From positions 511 through 64,510 of the IMG/VR virus record IMGVR_UViG_3300042378_000447: 64,000 bases of DNA; one strand, 5' to 3'. The position numbers and the translations under genes are program-made. Numbering within the stretch: the stretch's first letter is position 1; each line of letters opens with the position of its first letter. The notes beneath the pieces were generated by a model that saw nothing but the letters and a program-made list of their open reading frames with translations, did no database searches and was not told where the DNA came from. The stretch comes from a virus. Lineage: Duplodnaviria > Caudoviricetes. Of this stretch, positions 46,706 through 57,522 are shown one piece after another.

Positions 46706-47174
46706 ACGAAAAATCACCAAGATAAAAGCCAAAAGAGGGGACACTGAAAGTATAAGTATCGCCTATATGGTTGTTAACGAAAACAATCAGGAAGAAAATT
46801 TAAACTGCTCCTTAACAGGAAAAGAAGAAGCCAGAATTGAGTTTTACGATGGCTTGGATGGACTCCGAATAATGTTAGTGGAAGCAATTGGATTGAACCC
46901 ACATATCTGGCTTGAGCAGGGGCAAGTCATTGGACTTTCCATCAAATATCAAGAGGAAAGTATAGGCATCACAATCACAGGTAAGTGTGAAATAGAAGGA
47001 AGATATGCCTGTCCAACCACACCTTATTTATTAATTGCTGATCAGGAAAGTGTTGAGTTTAAGCTTATCAAAAATGTTGTCAATGAAGCATTCAAATATT
47101 TAGATGGTGAACGTAAGGATTGGAAACAGCAATCACTATTTGAACAAGAGAATATTGACTATGAATCACTTTAA
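46698..47174 (+). CDS. hypothetical phage protein
   Basis: RKITKIK..EAFKYLDGER..QQSLF. Confidence 0.65.
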   Translation: MNERKITKIKAKRGDTESISIAYMVVNENNQEENLNCSLTGKEEARIEFYDGLDGLRIMLVEAIGLNPHIWLEQGQVIGLSIKYQEESIGITITGKCEIEGRYACPTTPYLLIADQESVEFKLIKNVVNEAFKYLDGERKDWKQQSLFEQENIDYESL

Positions 47175-47339
47175 TATTTGGCTTTTTAGCCTTTACACCA
47201 TTGGGATTGAGACAATCTTAATAACAATTATTTCCCTTTGTTATTTAATCATTCAATCCCATAAATAAACAAAAAAAGTCCGCCTTGTCAGCGGACTTAA
47301 AGGAGACAAAAGGAAAACACAACATCATTCTTTAATAAT

Positions 47340-47558
47340 ATGTCAAAACAAACAGAACCGCAACTAACCAATTACAAAACAGGAGACAAAATTAAATACA
47401 AGCATCCCAATCATGGATGGATAGATGCAATATTTGAAGGATTCCATACTCCAGAATTAGCCCCCACAGGCTCTAAATGGAGTTTCATGGAAGTTTCTAT
47501 TAATGGCAAATTACACAAGGCTTATTCTTTAAATCAGATTAAAATTAGTGAATCATGA
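47340..47558 (+). CDS. hypothetical protein
   Basis: ORF. Confidence 0.55.
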   Translation: MSKQTEPQLTNYKTGDKIKYKHPNHGWIDAIFEGFHTPELAPTGSKWSFMEVSINGKLHKAYSLNQIKISES

Positions 47559-47776
47559 AAAGTTGCTTAAATTGTATTTACTCAGGGTTTTTGATTGAAC
47601 GCAATGACGAATTTTATAGCTACGAAGGCGACTGCAACGATAATCGATTCCCAATAACAACCTTGGTTAATCTCTGGCAATGTCAAAAAGATGACAAAGA
47701 TGAATTAAGGGAAGGAATAGATTTAATCTTTGAGCAAATAGCTATTAAGTGTGAAGCTTACATACCAACTACATAA
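47555..47776 (+). CDS. Cys-containing hypothetical protein
   Basis: CLNC..C..C; ATGA coupling. Confidence 0.55.
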   Translation: MKSCLNCIYSGFLIERNDEFYSYEGDCNDNRFPITTLVNLWQCQKDDKDELREGIDLIFEQIAIKCEAYIPTT

Positions 47777-47922
47777 AACAATCAACTAATAGCCGCTTAA
47801 ACAAGTGGCTATTTTATTGTCATTCATTTACCCGACTTACTGAGTATGAAAAAATCTTCTTTATTTCTATTGACGTGGTACAAGGGAATAAGATATATTA
47901 AATGTGTTGAGTTAAAAAAACG

Positions 47923-48126
47923 ATGGCAAATAAAAACCCAAAACGACCGCCAAACGCGGTCCTATTTAAAAACCAATGGCAGACTGGGAAAACCATTCAA
48001 AAACGTATTCCCGTTGCTATTGAGCAAGAAGTTATTGCGATCGCCCAATGCCTTGATCAAAACCCTTCTATTGCCAGTCAAGTTTTGGCCTTTGCCAAAG
48101 CACTGGCAGAACAGACAGAAAATTAA
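47923..48126 (+). CDS. small hypothetical regulator
   Basis: W.TGKT..RIP motif; upstream TTGACG promoter. Confidence 0.55.
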   Translation: MANKNPKRPPNAVLFKNQWQTGKTIQKRIPVAIEQEVIAIAQCLDQNPSIASQVLAFAKALAEQTEN

Positions 48127-48261
48127 AGCCCTCGTACTGCTGAACACAGTCGAGGGACAGCCCCTACCATTTCTTAAATCTCTTAGGAGCAATTTAACTA
48201 TGAATCATTTTTCAATTTTTGTCAATAAGACAAGTGCGCTGTTGCACGCCCATGGAGGTGT

Positions 48262-49398
48262 GTGATGGGGGAAACAATAAGAGTGCAGCATTCAAAAGAT
48301 TACACAGTAATAGCCAACGCAGCTATTAGAGATTCACGTTTAAGCTTCAAAGCGCGTGGGTTACATCATTTGCTTCTCTCTTATCCTGATGGGTGGGAGA
48401 TTAACACTGAACACTTATCGGATCAATCCGAATCTGACGGAAAAACATCTGTTTGTTCAGCATTAAAAGAATTAGAAAAGTTTGGGTATTTAACTCGTGA
48501 GCAAGCACGAGTAAACGGAAGAATGGCAGGATGGAAATCTGTTATTCGGGAAATACCATCAAGCGAACCAAGCAAAAAAACTCAGAAAGCCCGTACAGCA
48601 AGGGTAAAACCGGAATCAGGTTTTCCAGCTACGGAAAATCCGGCTACGGAAAATCCAGCTACGGAAAATCCAGCTACGGAAAATCCAGCTACGGAAAATC
48701 CGGCTACGGAAAATCCGGCTACGGAAAACCTGCCACATAATAAATACTTATTCCAAGAAGTATTTAAGAAAGAAATATCTAAAGAAGAAGTATCTAGCGG
48801 ACTTTCTCCCGCTAAAGAGGATTTAAGACAAGATGGAGTAGAACAGATATCTATTATTCCTGATTTAAAGGAAGGAATTTCGGGTAAACAGATAAATCAC
48901 TCATTGGACAAAGTTGCGCCCGCCGCCCCGGCGCGTCTTGACAAGGCAAATGTGGTTGAACCATTTGGAAAACCGCGTAAAAGCGCAAAAGAAATAGCTT
49001 GGGAATGGCTACCAGATGGACCGTGGAAGAAAGATGGCCAGTTAGATAATGACTTTTGGCAATGGTTCGCCTTGGAGTGGGCGGGCAAATTTGGAAGTGA
49101 TGTCCATGAGTCACGGGCTAATGTCTACAGCCACCTGAAAAAAGACCATAACAACTTACAAATCAGATGGAAGGAATATTCCATCAAAACTAAAAAAGAG
49201 ATGGCTTTAGTCCCCCTTCCTGACGCTGTATTAACCTGGCAACCAATCCAGCATCAGGCTGTATGGGAGCAATATATTAAATCCAAAAGCTTGCAAGATT
49301 TTTATAGCCACCGTAGTTGGAATCAAGCGTATTTGGAATACGCATTGATTAATCAACCGCGTTTTGATTGGTCTAAGCATTTACCAGTGTCCGCATAA
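48262..49398 (+). CDS. phage replication initiator (HTH) with internal iteron repeat
   Basis: YTVIAN..IRDSRLSFKARGL..LLS.PDGW..SALKELEKFGYL; directly upstream of dnaB. Confidence 0.8.
   Translation: MMGETIRVQHSKDYTVIANAAIRDSRLSFKARGLHHLLLSYPDGWEINTEHLSDQSESDGKTSVCSALKELEKFGYLTREQARVNGRMAGWKSVIREIPSSEPSKKTQKARTARVKPESGFPATENPATENPATENPATENPATENPATENPATENLPHNKYLFQEVFKKEISKEEVSSGLSPAKEDLRQDGVEQISIIPDLKEGISGKQINHSLDKVAPAAPARLDKANVVEPFGKPRKSAKEIAWEWLPDGPWKKDGQLDNDFWQWFALEWAGKFGSDVHESRANVYSHLKKDHNNLQIRWKEYSIKTKKEMALVPLPDAVLTWQPIQHQAVWEQYIKSKSLQDFYSHRSWNQAYLEYALINQPRFDWSKHLPVSA
48625..48729 (+). repeat. 7x 15-bp CC(A/G)GCTACGGAAAA(T/C) (PATEN), candidate origin iterons
   Basis: tandem repeat within rep followed by an AT-rich stretch, as in lambda O/ori. 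Confidence 0.8.
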
Positions 49399-49419
49399 CA
49401 AACTTAAAGGTCAACTACC

Positions 49420-50769
49420 ATGTTTACTCAAGAAATTACTCTATTGCCCCCTCAAAACGTTGAAGCTGAAGAAGTCGTCTTAGGCGGCATTTTACTAGAT
49501 CCTGAAGCTATTCAACGAGTCTGCGATTTTTTACCTTCCGAAGCATTTTATATAGATGCACACGCAATCATTTACAAGGCTGCTTTGGAACTCTACAGTC
49601 AGCACCAACCCACTGATTTACTCTCTATGGCTAATTATCTGAGAGACAAGGATCAATTAGAAAGAATTGGTGGCAGAAATAAATTAGCCACTTTGGTAGA
49701 CCGTACAGTATCTGCAATTAATATTGATGCTATGGCGGCACTAGTTCTGGAAAAATATCAACGCAGGCAATTGATCAAGACTCTTAATGAATCGCTAAAA
49801 ATAGCATGGGATACTTGGGTCCCGACACATGAAGCTATTGAAGAATGCCAAAGAAAGATTCTTGATATAAGCACTAATCAAACAAAATCAGAATTAGTCC
49901 ACATCAGTGATGCTGTGACATCTTTATACACAGAGAAATATGAAATTCAAGCGGGAGAACGACCTGCCCCTGTCAAGATGGGGTTTTACGACTTGGATAA
50001 CCGTCTAGGAGGACTGCATAAAAAACTGCTGCATATTCTAGCAGGAAGACCAAGTATGGGAAAAACCGCCTGTGGTATGGCGATCGCCTGGCACGTTGCC
50101 AGTGTACTGTTGAAGAATGTTTACGTATTCTCCTTAGAAACATCTAAAGAAGATTTAGCTGCTAGATTAGCAGCTAAACTAACCCGAACCTGTTTGAATC
50201 AATTTGTAAAAAATCAACTCACTCAAAGTGAATGGAACGAATTTTTTAATCTCACTCAGTCACAAATACTACATGACTCAAGGCTATTTATATGCGATAA
50301 TTTTAGCATTTCTCCTATGGAGATGCGGAACACGATTAGGCAAAAGAAAGCTAAAACTGGCGATGTAGGCTTGATTGTGGTTGATCACATCACCCTGCTT
50401 GCCAGAAATGATAAGTCCAATAATAGGGACTTTCGGGTTAAAGTTGGGGATACAAGCCGAATGCTTAAAGAGTTGGCAGGAGAGTTTAATTGTCCAGTAT
50501 TGGCTTTATCTCAACTAAATCGAGCCACAGAAAGCCGAACAGACAAAAGACCTACCATGGGCGACCTGTCTGAAAGCGGGAATATTGAACAAGACGCAGA
50601 TGTAATTATGATGCTTTACCGTGATGAATATTACAATAAAGAAACTACAGATGTAGGTGTAGCTGAATTGATTACTACAAAGGCACGTAACGCTGAAACA
50701 GGAACAGACAAGTTGCTTTTTGATGGGCAATATTCAGAGTTCAAGAATTTAGCTCAACAAAGTTATTGA
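49420..50769 (+). CDS. dnaB: replicative DNA helicase
   Basis: PPQNVEAE, AGRPSMGKT, FSLE, VVDH, LSQLNR, DLSESGNIEQDAD, KARN. Confidence 0.95.
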   Translation: MFTQEITLLPPQNVEAEEVVLGGILLDPEAIQRVCDFLPSEAFYIDAHAIIYKAALELYSQHQPTDLLSMANYLRDKDQLERIGGRNKLATLVDRTVSAINIDAMAALVLEKYQRRQLIKTLNESLKIAWDTWVPTHEAIEECQRKILDISTNQTKSELVHISDAVTSLYTEKYEIQAGERPAPVKMGFYDLDNRLGGLHKKLLHILAGRPSMGKTACGMAIAWHVASVLLKNVYVFSLETSKEDLAARLAAKLTRTCLNQFVKNQLTQSEWNEFFNLTQSQILHDSRLFICDNFSISPMEMRNTIRQKKAKTGDVGLIVVDHITLLARNDKSNNRDFRVKVGDTSRMLKELAGEFNCPVLALSQLNRATESRTDKRPTMGDLSESGNIEQDADVIMMLYRDEYYNKETTDVGVAELITTKARNAETGTDKLLFDGQYSEFKNLAQQSY

Positions 50770-50932
50770 TATATCAATAAGTGCAAATATTAATTGATTA
50801 CCCACTTGTATCAAAGTGGGTATTTTTTATCTGTATATCTATAAACATATTTTTATTCCTATAGGCATTTGATATTTGATTTTATCATGCTAAATTGATT
50901 TTATCAGCACACAATTACAAAGTGAGAATTTT

Positions 50933-51154
50933 ATGAGCGGAAAGCCAAAATATGGCGAAACTAAGACTTCTAAGCAAATCATGATTACTAATGACGCTAA
51001 ACAAATCTATCGTGCTTATGCACAGTATATAGGCACTAACAACAATGAGTTGATTGAACAAATGGCACGAAACCCTGATGTACTAAGAGGTCTGGCTGAT
51101 TTTGTGGAAAATAAAAAATATTTTTCAAAACCACTTGACAGTTCCATCTTGTAA
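50933..51154 (+). CDS. RHH-like protein, paralog of 44658-44864
   Basis: shares the motif given for 44658-44864. Confidence 0.6.
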   Translation: MSGKPKYGETKTSKQIMITNDAKQIYRAYAQYIGTNNNELIEQMARNPDVLRGLADFVENKKYFSKPLDSSIL

Positions 51155-51244
51155 TGATATATTAGATATATAAACAAAAACGACCGCCCCTCCGACCAAG
51201 AAGTAAGCGATCGCTTTGTTAGTCCCATACAGGAATATTCAATC

Positions 51245-52060
51245 ATGACACATCCAGTTTTCTCTGTCAAGTTTTTAATCAAGAAAGGCATTAGCTACTG
51301 CAAAATGGTAGCTAAAGAACTGGGTGTTACCCCAGAGGGTGATAAAAGGCAAGTTATCACCTGGGCTGACGCTATAGTTGCCCACCAGGCTAATTTACAG
51401 CCTGTAGAAGTTCAAAAACAGCAGGTTGTTATTGAGTTTAACGACGGAATGGACTCCTGCGACTTGGCAGGGTACTCTGTCATTGACTTGGATGGAAACA
51501 TCATAAGAGATGGGTTTCGTACTTATGCAGCCGCAGAACGCTGGGCTGCTGACAGATTTGAAATAGTTGAGCAACAATCAATTGCTCAACAAGAGATTGT
51601 TGAACTTCTTGAGCAACAAATCCAAGAAGTCACAGAAAAGGTAGTAATTCATGAAATAGACTTCGGTTACGCTGAAATCTGTCAAGGTAAAACTGTTGTG
51701 GCTACCATTAGTCACAACTTTGACAATGGTAACTGGGAAGTCCAGTTCTCTGAAACATTTAAAAGCTTTTTGACTTACGCAGAGGCGGAGGCCTTTGCAA
51801 TTAATTACATAGATGACGAGAGAGGTAGCGGGAGGGTTGTCCCGATATCTCAGGATATCGAAGATATCAACTATGATATTAAAGATAATCAAATTGTAGA
51901 CCCGCTGGGTGAGCGCTACACAGTCCGAGTTAAAGGACATCTAGCCGGCAATATCTGGCTAGATGTTGATAGAGGGTGGACTATTGGAGTTACTTACTTT
52001 CATACTCCGATAGAAGCCGCTAAGGCATTAGCAAAACTAACAATAAAGGAGTTGGTGTGA
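51245..52060 (+). CDS. hypothetical protein
   Basis: repeated F.TYA.AE motif; DERGSGR. Confidence 0.65.
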   Translation: MTHPVFSVKFLIKKGISYCKMVAKELGVTPEGDKRQVITWADAIVAHQANLQPVEVQKQQVVIEFNDGMDSCDLAGYSVIDLDGNIIRDGFRTYAAAERWAADRFEIVEQQSIAQQEIVELLEQQIQEVTEKVVIHEIDFGYAEICQGKTVVATISHNFDNGNWEVQFSETFKSFLTYAEAEAFAINYIDDERGSGRVVPISQDIEDINYDIKDNQIVDPLGERYTVRVKGHLAGNIWLDVDRGWTIGVTYFHTPIEAAKALAKLTIKELV

Positions 52061-52227
52061 TGACAACGACTAAAACCAAGGCTTATCAAGAAGCCTTACA
52101 AAATGCAGGTGTCCCTGAAAATCTAGCCCGTAATGCAGCCGTCGTGCTGCGGGCTGATGATTATGGAGTTCCCCGCACTGAGCGGGGGCAGCGAGTAATT
52201 AATAAACTTCACAACAGTGCTGAATGA
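52060..52227 (+). CDS. 55-aa paralog of 32421-32603 (not in ORF track)
   Basis: AYQEALQNAGV..LA..AA.VL..D..PRT..Q.VINK aligns with AYRCAFEIRGL..MA..CA.II..D..SRT..Q.LIDK. Confidence 0.6.
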   Translation: MTTTKTKAYQEALQNAGVPENLARNAAVVLRADDYGVPRTERGQRVINKLHNSAE

Positions 52228-52465
52228 AGCAATGAAGCTATGCAACTTATGTGAAGAGACTTTGTATATCCATTTTAAAACAGTGGATATACTGGGAATA
52301 TTAGTAATCTACCCAGTAGTAAAAACTTCTACATTGCCATTCTTATTTGAGCAATACAGAAGAACTGGGGACACTGATTATCTCCCTTTTTGAATCATCT
52401 AGGCTGGGTGCGATGCCTTTATATCCGCACATTTGAAACAATCAAGAAACGATTAAGGAACAATT

Positions 52466-53608
52466 ATGACTACATTATTGGAACAATTTGTAAATCACAC
52501 CATTGCTTCTACTCAAATACCTTATTGTCAAATAATTTCCCCCCCCAACCTGCAACCAGGTAAGCTTTCCAAGTGGGAGAAAGAAGGCGGAATTAGAGAA
52601 ATAGGCTTTTTTATTAAAGCCACAGAAGCCGAAAAAGCTGGATTTATTCCAGACGACACCTGGCAACCTTATGAGGCTTCACTGGGTGACGGTACTGAGG
52701 TTGGTTTTATTACCCAATCTCCCAAATTTGTGATTATCCACAAATCACAGAGAGAGATCCAACATCGTCCATCAAAAGATGATAGATTTAGCTTTGTAGG
52801 ATTGGCTTGGGAAAACGGCGCGGAAACCTCTTTACTGGCAACCGCAAAAGCGGACAAAAACCACTATAAAGTGGTTGTTAGAAACTTAATACTTTTCCTA
52901 GGTAAAAACGATCAACCCTTGCACGCAACGCCGATTCAGTATACGGCAAAAGGAGCGTTTGCTGCGTCTTTGTACGCAGAAACAAAAGACCTTTATGAAA
53001 AGGTAAGTAAAACTTACTTTACCAGGCTTAAAATGGCTGGTAAAGTAAGTTCAAGCGGGTTGTTATCGCCTTTCGCCTTGGCTTTTGCCAAGATTGACTT
53101 CAAAATTGGGTTTCAACGCAACGATGCAAATGAATCTCCTTTTTGCGTTCCAACAGAAATAAAAATTCCCACAGTGGAAAATGTTGGGAACTCTATTGAG
53201 TTCCACCGAAAAGCCGGAAATAGAAAGATTCTGTTTAGTGGCGTTGCATTAGAAGATTTGCTGTTATCTATGTCCTCTGAAGCAGGAAAACTAATAACTC
53301 AGTGGTATTCTGAATACCAATCATTTTCCAAGCCACGTAAAGAGATTATGCCTTTTGAAGGCTGTGTTGAGTTTTCTCAAATACTGGAAAGTAATTCCAC
53401 AGGGGTTTTAGTCCTTTCTAAAGAAGGTAAGAAATTCAATATTCCCGAACACTTGGCTCACATCGCCATGGGCGGAAAATGGGAAATTATCGGCACAGTT
53501 GATGGTGATATAGTCACCATCAAAACCGCAGAGATATTTGACGATGGTTATAGCCCTCGTTCTTCTGAAATTGCTGATGAATCATTACCTGATGATTACG
53601 GATTTTAA
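52466..53608 (+). CDS. cyanobacterial/phage conserved protein (DUF5895-like), acidic tail, possible ssDNA-binding
   Basis: PYCQII..GFFI..AGF..LILFL..N.PLH.TP.Q..KG; C-terminal DDYGF. Confidence 0.5.
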   Translation: MTTLLEQFVNHTIASTQIPYCQIISPPNLQPGKLSKWEKEGGIREIGFFIKATEAEKAGFIPDDTWQPYEASLGDGTEVGFITQSPKFVIIHKSQREIQHRPSKDDRFSFVGLAWENGAETSLLATAKADKNHYKVVVRNLILFLGKNDQPLHATPIQYTAKGAFAASLYAETKDLYEKVSKTYFTRLKMAGKVSSSGLLSPFALAFAKIDFKIGFQRNDANESPFCVPTEIKIPTVENVGNSIEFHRKAGNRKILFSGVALEDLLLSMSSEAGKLITQWYSEYQSFSKPRKEIMPFEGCVEFSQILESNSTGVLVLSKEGKKFNIPEHLAHIAMGGKWEIIGTVDGDIVTIKTAEIFDDGYSPRSSEIADESLPDDYGF

Positions 53609-53662
53609 TTAACCAATTAGCGATCGCTCCTGAATGCGATCGCTCTTTACCCCACAACTAAT

Positions 53663-53833
53663 ATGTCTAGCATAAATACTGGTATTGAGTGGACAGATAA
53701 AACCTGGAATCCTAATCAGATTGGATTGCTGTTAATAGCAATCTTAACAATTCTTAATATTGCCAGTCTCACACTGGCAGCCCGTGACGATCAAACGGGA
53801 GATTGTATCAAAAAAGGAAAATGCAAGGATTAA
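53663..53833 (+). CDS. 56-aa chimeric ORF: DUF5131/Gp37Gp68-like N-terminal fragment fused to a TM segment
   Basis: MSSINTGIEWTDKTWNP then IGLLLIAILTIL. Confidence 0.45.
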   Translation: MSSINTGIEWTDKTWNPNQIGLLLIAILTILNIASLTLAARDDQTGDCIKKGKCKD

Positions 53834-53837
53834 AACA

Positions 53838-54185
53838 ATGGAAAAAATGAGATTTGGTTGGTGGTATGTGCAGTATGTTTTGACTTATGAACCGATGAAA
53901 GCGTTTGGCGTGTGGGAAGACGAATGCAAACGTCAATTTCCACAATACAGTGGATACTCCACTTTGGAGATGGTAGATGTTTATACAGACTTCTGCTATC
54001 ACGGCTTGATGCCTAAAAACTTTTTAGTATCTATAATAGATGCGGTCACATATCCCTTGTTTAAGTTTAGGCGGACTTTTTACTTCTTTGTGATTCTTAA
54101 ACATAAGATAAATTACAAAATCAGTAAGCTTTTTAACAAACAGAAGACAAAAATCGTTGAGATTGATGTTAGCAACTGGGAATAA
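53838..54185 (+). CDS. hypothetical protein
   Basis: ATG start preferred to TTG 53760; terminator at ~54200-54228. Confidence 0.5.
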   Translation: MEKMRFGWWYVQYVLTYEPMKAFGVWEDECKRQFPQYSGYSTLEMVDVYTDFCYHGLMPKNFLVSIIDAVTYPLFKFRRTFYFFVILKHKINYKISKLFNKQKTKIVEIDVSNWE

Positions 54186-54232
54186 AATATTGCAATAAAC
54201 GAAACCCGCTACAGAGCGGGTTTTTTATTAGT

Positions 54233-55462
54233 TTAGTTGGTTGCGATCGCCCATCCTTTAGCGGCTAACCAATTTTTAGCCTGTTGCCCTGTGATTCCAC
54301 TTCTGAAATCATAAATAGTTCCACTGATATTTTCATTGATTTGAGAAAGATTAAATTCCCAAACATTAGCACCCCAGCTTGACCTCCTGTTGGTAGTCCC
54401 AGGAGCAGCATTAGTCCCGCCTGTAAGCGTGAAAGACCCGCCGTTGGCTGCTAATATCTTGGTTGGATTATTGGCTAATCCCGCCGCTATGGATATCAGA
54501 ATATTATCTACAGACTCTTGGTTAAGCTTGCAATTTCTCCATGTATTTTCAAATGCAGTTGCGGCTCTAAAATCCATGGCAGGAAATAATGTAAGATTTG
54601 AGCATCCACTCCAAGAAAAAGAGATATCTGTAGCTTTAGATAAAGCTACAAAAGGAAAACTAGTTAATCCTGCGTTCCCAAGCCAAGCACTACGAGCAGT
54701 CTGAACATTTCCAAAATTCAAAATAGGAAAAGAAGTTAGTCCAGTCATGCCAAGCCAAGCTTGTTGTATACTGGTAGCGGTACTAGTATCTATAATTGGA
54801 AATGTCGTTGGCTTTGTTATCTTACGCCAAGCTTGATTGAAACTAATGACATTACTGGTATTAATTTGATTCCAAGATGATAAATTGTTAACTTGTGCCA
54901 TTAAAGGATTAAGATAAAGGCTGCTAGATGTTTCAACGCAAAAATCCATAATCACATTAGTTAACGTCAGTGAGTTAGAGCCTTTAATGCTCAAATAACT
55001 TACAATCCTACTATCTTCATCTTCATTTGGTTCTCCTTGAAAAAGGATTAATCCAGTCAGAAGATTTGAAGTCCCACCAGTGATCTCAAATGTTCTATTG
55101 CTACTACTACTAGATATATTAATGGGTAAAGGTAATACGTATTTATCCGTTGCAACATACAAAATTCCATTGATTGCTGGAAAATCTGCATTAATAGTAA
55201 ATTGCAGAAAAGAATTATTAACTCCACTTAAACTCGTACAATTAATCCCAAAAAAGCTATTAAAAGATGTGTAAGTGGGTTGATAAGTAAGGGTCGTTTG
55301 AGTAGCATGAAATTGATTTAAGCTTCTATCTAGCCATCCTGAGATTTTATTATTTGCATCTCTTGTTATGGTTGTCGGAATAGAAGCATCAAAGAATACA
55401 ACAAACTTGGGGATTAAGTCTGTAATATCCGCTGTTTTGTTGGTCTTAATTGCTATTTTCAT
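54233..55462 (-). CDS. virion/tail-associated protein with BspA/DUF285-like repeats
   Basis: FFDAS..ISGWLDRS..ATQ..QP lectin-like N-terminus; repeated AW.G..GLTSFP. Confidence 0.6.
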   Translation of the reverse strand: MKIAIKTNKTADITDLIPKFVVFFDASIPTTITRDANNKISGWLDRSLNQFHATQTTLTYQPTYTSFNSFFGINCTSLSGVNNSFLQFTINADFPAINGILYVATDKYVLPLPINISSSSSNRTFEITGGTSNLLTGLILFQGEPNEDEDSRIVSYLSIKGSNSLTLTNVIMDFCVETSSSLYLNPLMAQVNNLSSWNQINTSNVISFNQAWRKITKPTTFPIIDTSTATSIQQAWLGMTGLTSFPILNFGNVQTARSAWLGNAGLTSFPFVALSKATDISFSWSGCSNLTLFPAMDFRAATAFENTWRNCKLNQESVDNILISIAAGLANNPTKILAANGGSFTLTGGTNAAPGTTNRRSSWGANVWEFNLSQINENISGTIYDFRSGITGQQAKNWLAAKGWAIATN

Positions 55463-55463
55463 C

Positions 55464-57503
55464 TTAAATTAAATAATTATAAATTGCTCTTGTACCTGTG
55501 GATAGATGGGTTTCATTTGCGGTACCTGGGGAAGTTACCGTAGTACCATAATTTGATGTTGAAAATTCATAATCAAATATTACTGTAGTATTGCTGAGTG
55601 CGGCAATACCATCATTTGTATTTCCTTTTAAAATGGTCACAGAATTGGATGTTTTGCTGATAACTATAGATGGAGTTGGGGTAGGAGTTGATGAAAGTGG
55701 TATTGTCATGGCACTTCCACTTATACGCACCGTATCTCTTACTCGAATATTTGCAATATTCGATGTAATACTATTACCAGTCAAGACAAAAGTATTATTT
55801 AGTCCAGCCGTTATCGTTACTTGTGAACAAGTGACTTCAGTTTTAATTCTACCTACAGCAATTGTGTAAGTAGTACCACTTCTGCTCACGCTACTTATTA
55901 TTCTTAATTGTTTTGAAGTATTATCTGTCTTCTTTAGTAAGATAGGCTGATTTACTACAAGAAATTCATCAGTTTCGCTAGTGATATTTGCTGATGGGTT
56001 AATAGTCAAAATAATTGTATTACCGCTTACGTTAATTGTGTCACCACCTCCTGCTCGTGAAGAATTAAAATTAAATCCACTTATCCGTGAAGCATAACTA
56101 CTTAAAAAAGATATGTAGGAATTATTTCCAGAAGATTGGGCAGTCCACCCATAAAGCAATGCTGCTGATTGTTGCGCGATCGCTAAATTAGTAATTACTG
56201 TAAGATAATTTGCTCCAGTTGATAACGCAGATCCGTAAAACCCATGTGTGGATGTGGATCTTGTGGGATTAAACATTGAACGAAAATTCTGTAAAGACTC
56301 AAAGTTGGAAGCCTCCCACTGCAAGCTTTCAGGAATTTCTAATAATTGTAAATTTGGAAATGCCATTAATTCTAAATTTAAAGACGTGAAATTTCCCGAT
56401 TGTTCTAAATATCGTAATGTCTTCAGTGATGGCATGACGTTGAGTGAAGCAGAAATATCATGATTCCCATGAAGATATAAATTTTCTAAGCTTACTGGAA
56501 AAATATTTTTACCTAATGTCCGCCTTTCCGTACTTCCTCTAATTTCTAATTCCGTTAGTCCAGTTAAAGCGTTAATAGACCTAATTAAAGAACTACCTGC
56601 GCCAATTGCTCCATTGACAAATTGTAGTCCGACTAAACTTGCTAATGATGGAAAAGTAAGCTTAACAACAAAAGGAACTGCTGAATAGTTTTTAGGCAAA
56701 ACATAATAGTTAGTTGGTGTAGATCCAAAACCAGGAACTTGTACCTCTTCGTCTGGATATGAAATAGTAAAGGTTGCGCTTGTACGCACTGCAAGATAAG
56801 TTAATGAATGAGTGGCTATTGATGAATTAGCTAATCTTCCTGGATATCGTGGTGCTGTGCTTGTTAGTCCATTGCACAAGAAATAAAGTTCTTTGGTGTA
56901 ATCTGGAGTAGGTAAAGTATATCCACTAGCACCGCTTATACCTATATTAGTAACTTGGTTTCCTGCAAATCCTAACGCGGCAACAACGTATAATGGACAC
57001 AAAGATATGCTCATAATACTTGAAAGAAGCAAACTAGAGCCACTATAGTAGGATACTGTGCCATCCTTCACAATAATACGTAAAGCAGCAATGTCAACCG
57101 TTCCACTGACCTGTACAAGAGTATTTTCATGGATAATATACAATCCATCACTGGTAGTGAAAGGATTATTTATAAATCCGTAAGCAATACTTTTAGAGAT
57201 AGTATTGATGTGGGTAGCATAAATCGGTGGTTGCCCCACGGTAAACCCACAAATAGCAGATAAAGCTTTGTTATTGTCATTATTTTTAAATCCAAATTCA
57301 AGGATTGCATCATAGTTCCCAGCCTCAATCCGTAAATTTAATATTCGCCATTGTCCACTTGAATCATTGAATGGATTATTATATCCAGTCACAGGTGCAG
57401 TCAAAGTTGTCACACTACTTTCAGCACTTCCTGATGCTTGGGTGTGCCTATAAATAAATAATTCGTTACTTGATTCCGTTCTGGTTAAAGTGTTAGTTGC
57501 CAT
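55464..57503 (-). CDS. Ser/Thr-rich virion protein with LRR-like segment
   Basis: LTELEI, LENLYL, LKTL, LQLLEI repeats. Confidence 0.55.
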   Translation of the reverse strand: MATNTLTRTESSNELFIYRHTQASGSAESSVTTLTAPVTGYNNPFNDSSGQWRILNLRIEAGNYDAILEFGFKNNDNNKALSAICGFTVGQPPIYATHINTISKSIAYGFINNPFTTSDGLYIIHENTLVQVSGTVDIAALRIIVKDGTVSYYSGSSLLLSSIMSISLCPLYVVAALGFAGNQVTNIGISGASGYTLPTPDYTKELYFLCNGLTSTAPRYPGRLANSSIATHSLTYLAVRTSATFTISYPDEEVQVPGFGSTPTNYYVLPKNYSAVPFVVKLTFPSLASLVGLQFVNGAIGAGSSLIRSINALTGLTELEIRGSTERRTLGKNIFPVSLENLYLHGNHDISASLNVMPSLKTLRYLEQSGNFTSLNLELMAFPNLQLLEIPESLQWEASNFESLQNFRSMFNPTRSTSTHGFYGSALSTGANYLTVITNLAIAQQSAALLYGWTAQSSGNNSYISFLSSYASRISGFNFNSSRAGGGDTINVSGNTIILTINPSANITSETDEFLVVNQPILLKKTDNTSKQLRIISSVSRSGTTYTIAVGRIKTEVTCSQVTITAGLNNTFVLTGNSITSNIANIRVRDTVRISGSAMTIPLSSTPTPTPSIVISKTSNSVTILKGNTNDGIAALSNTTVIFDYEFSTSNYGTTVTSPGTANETHLSTGTRAIYNYLI

Positions 57504-57522
57504 AGTTTTAATTGTGTTTTAA

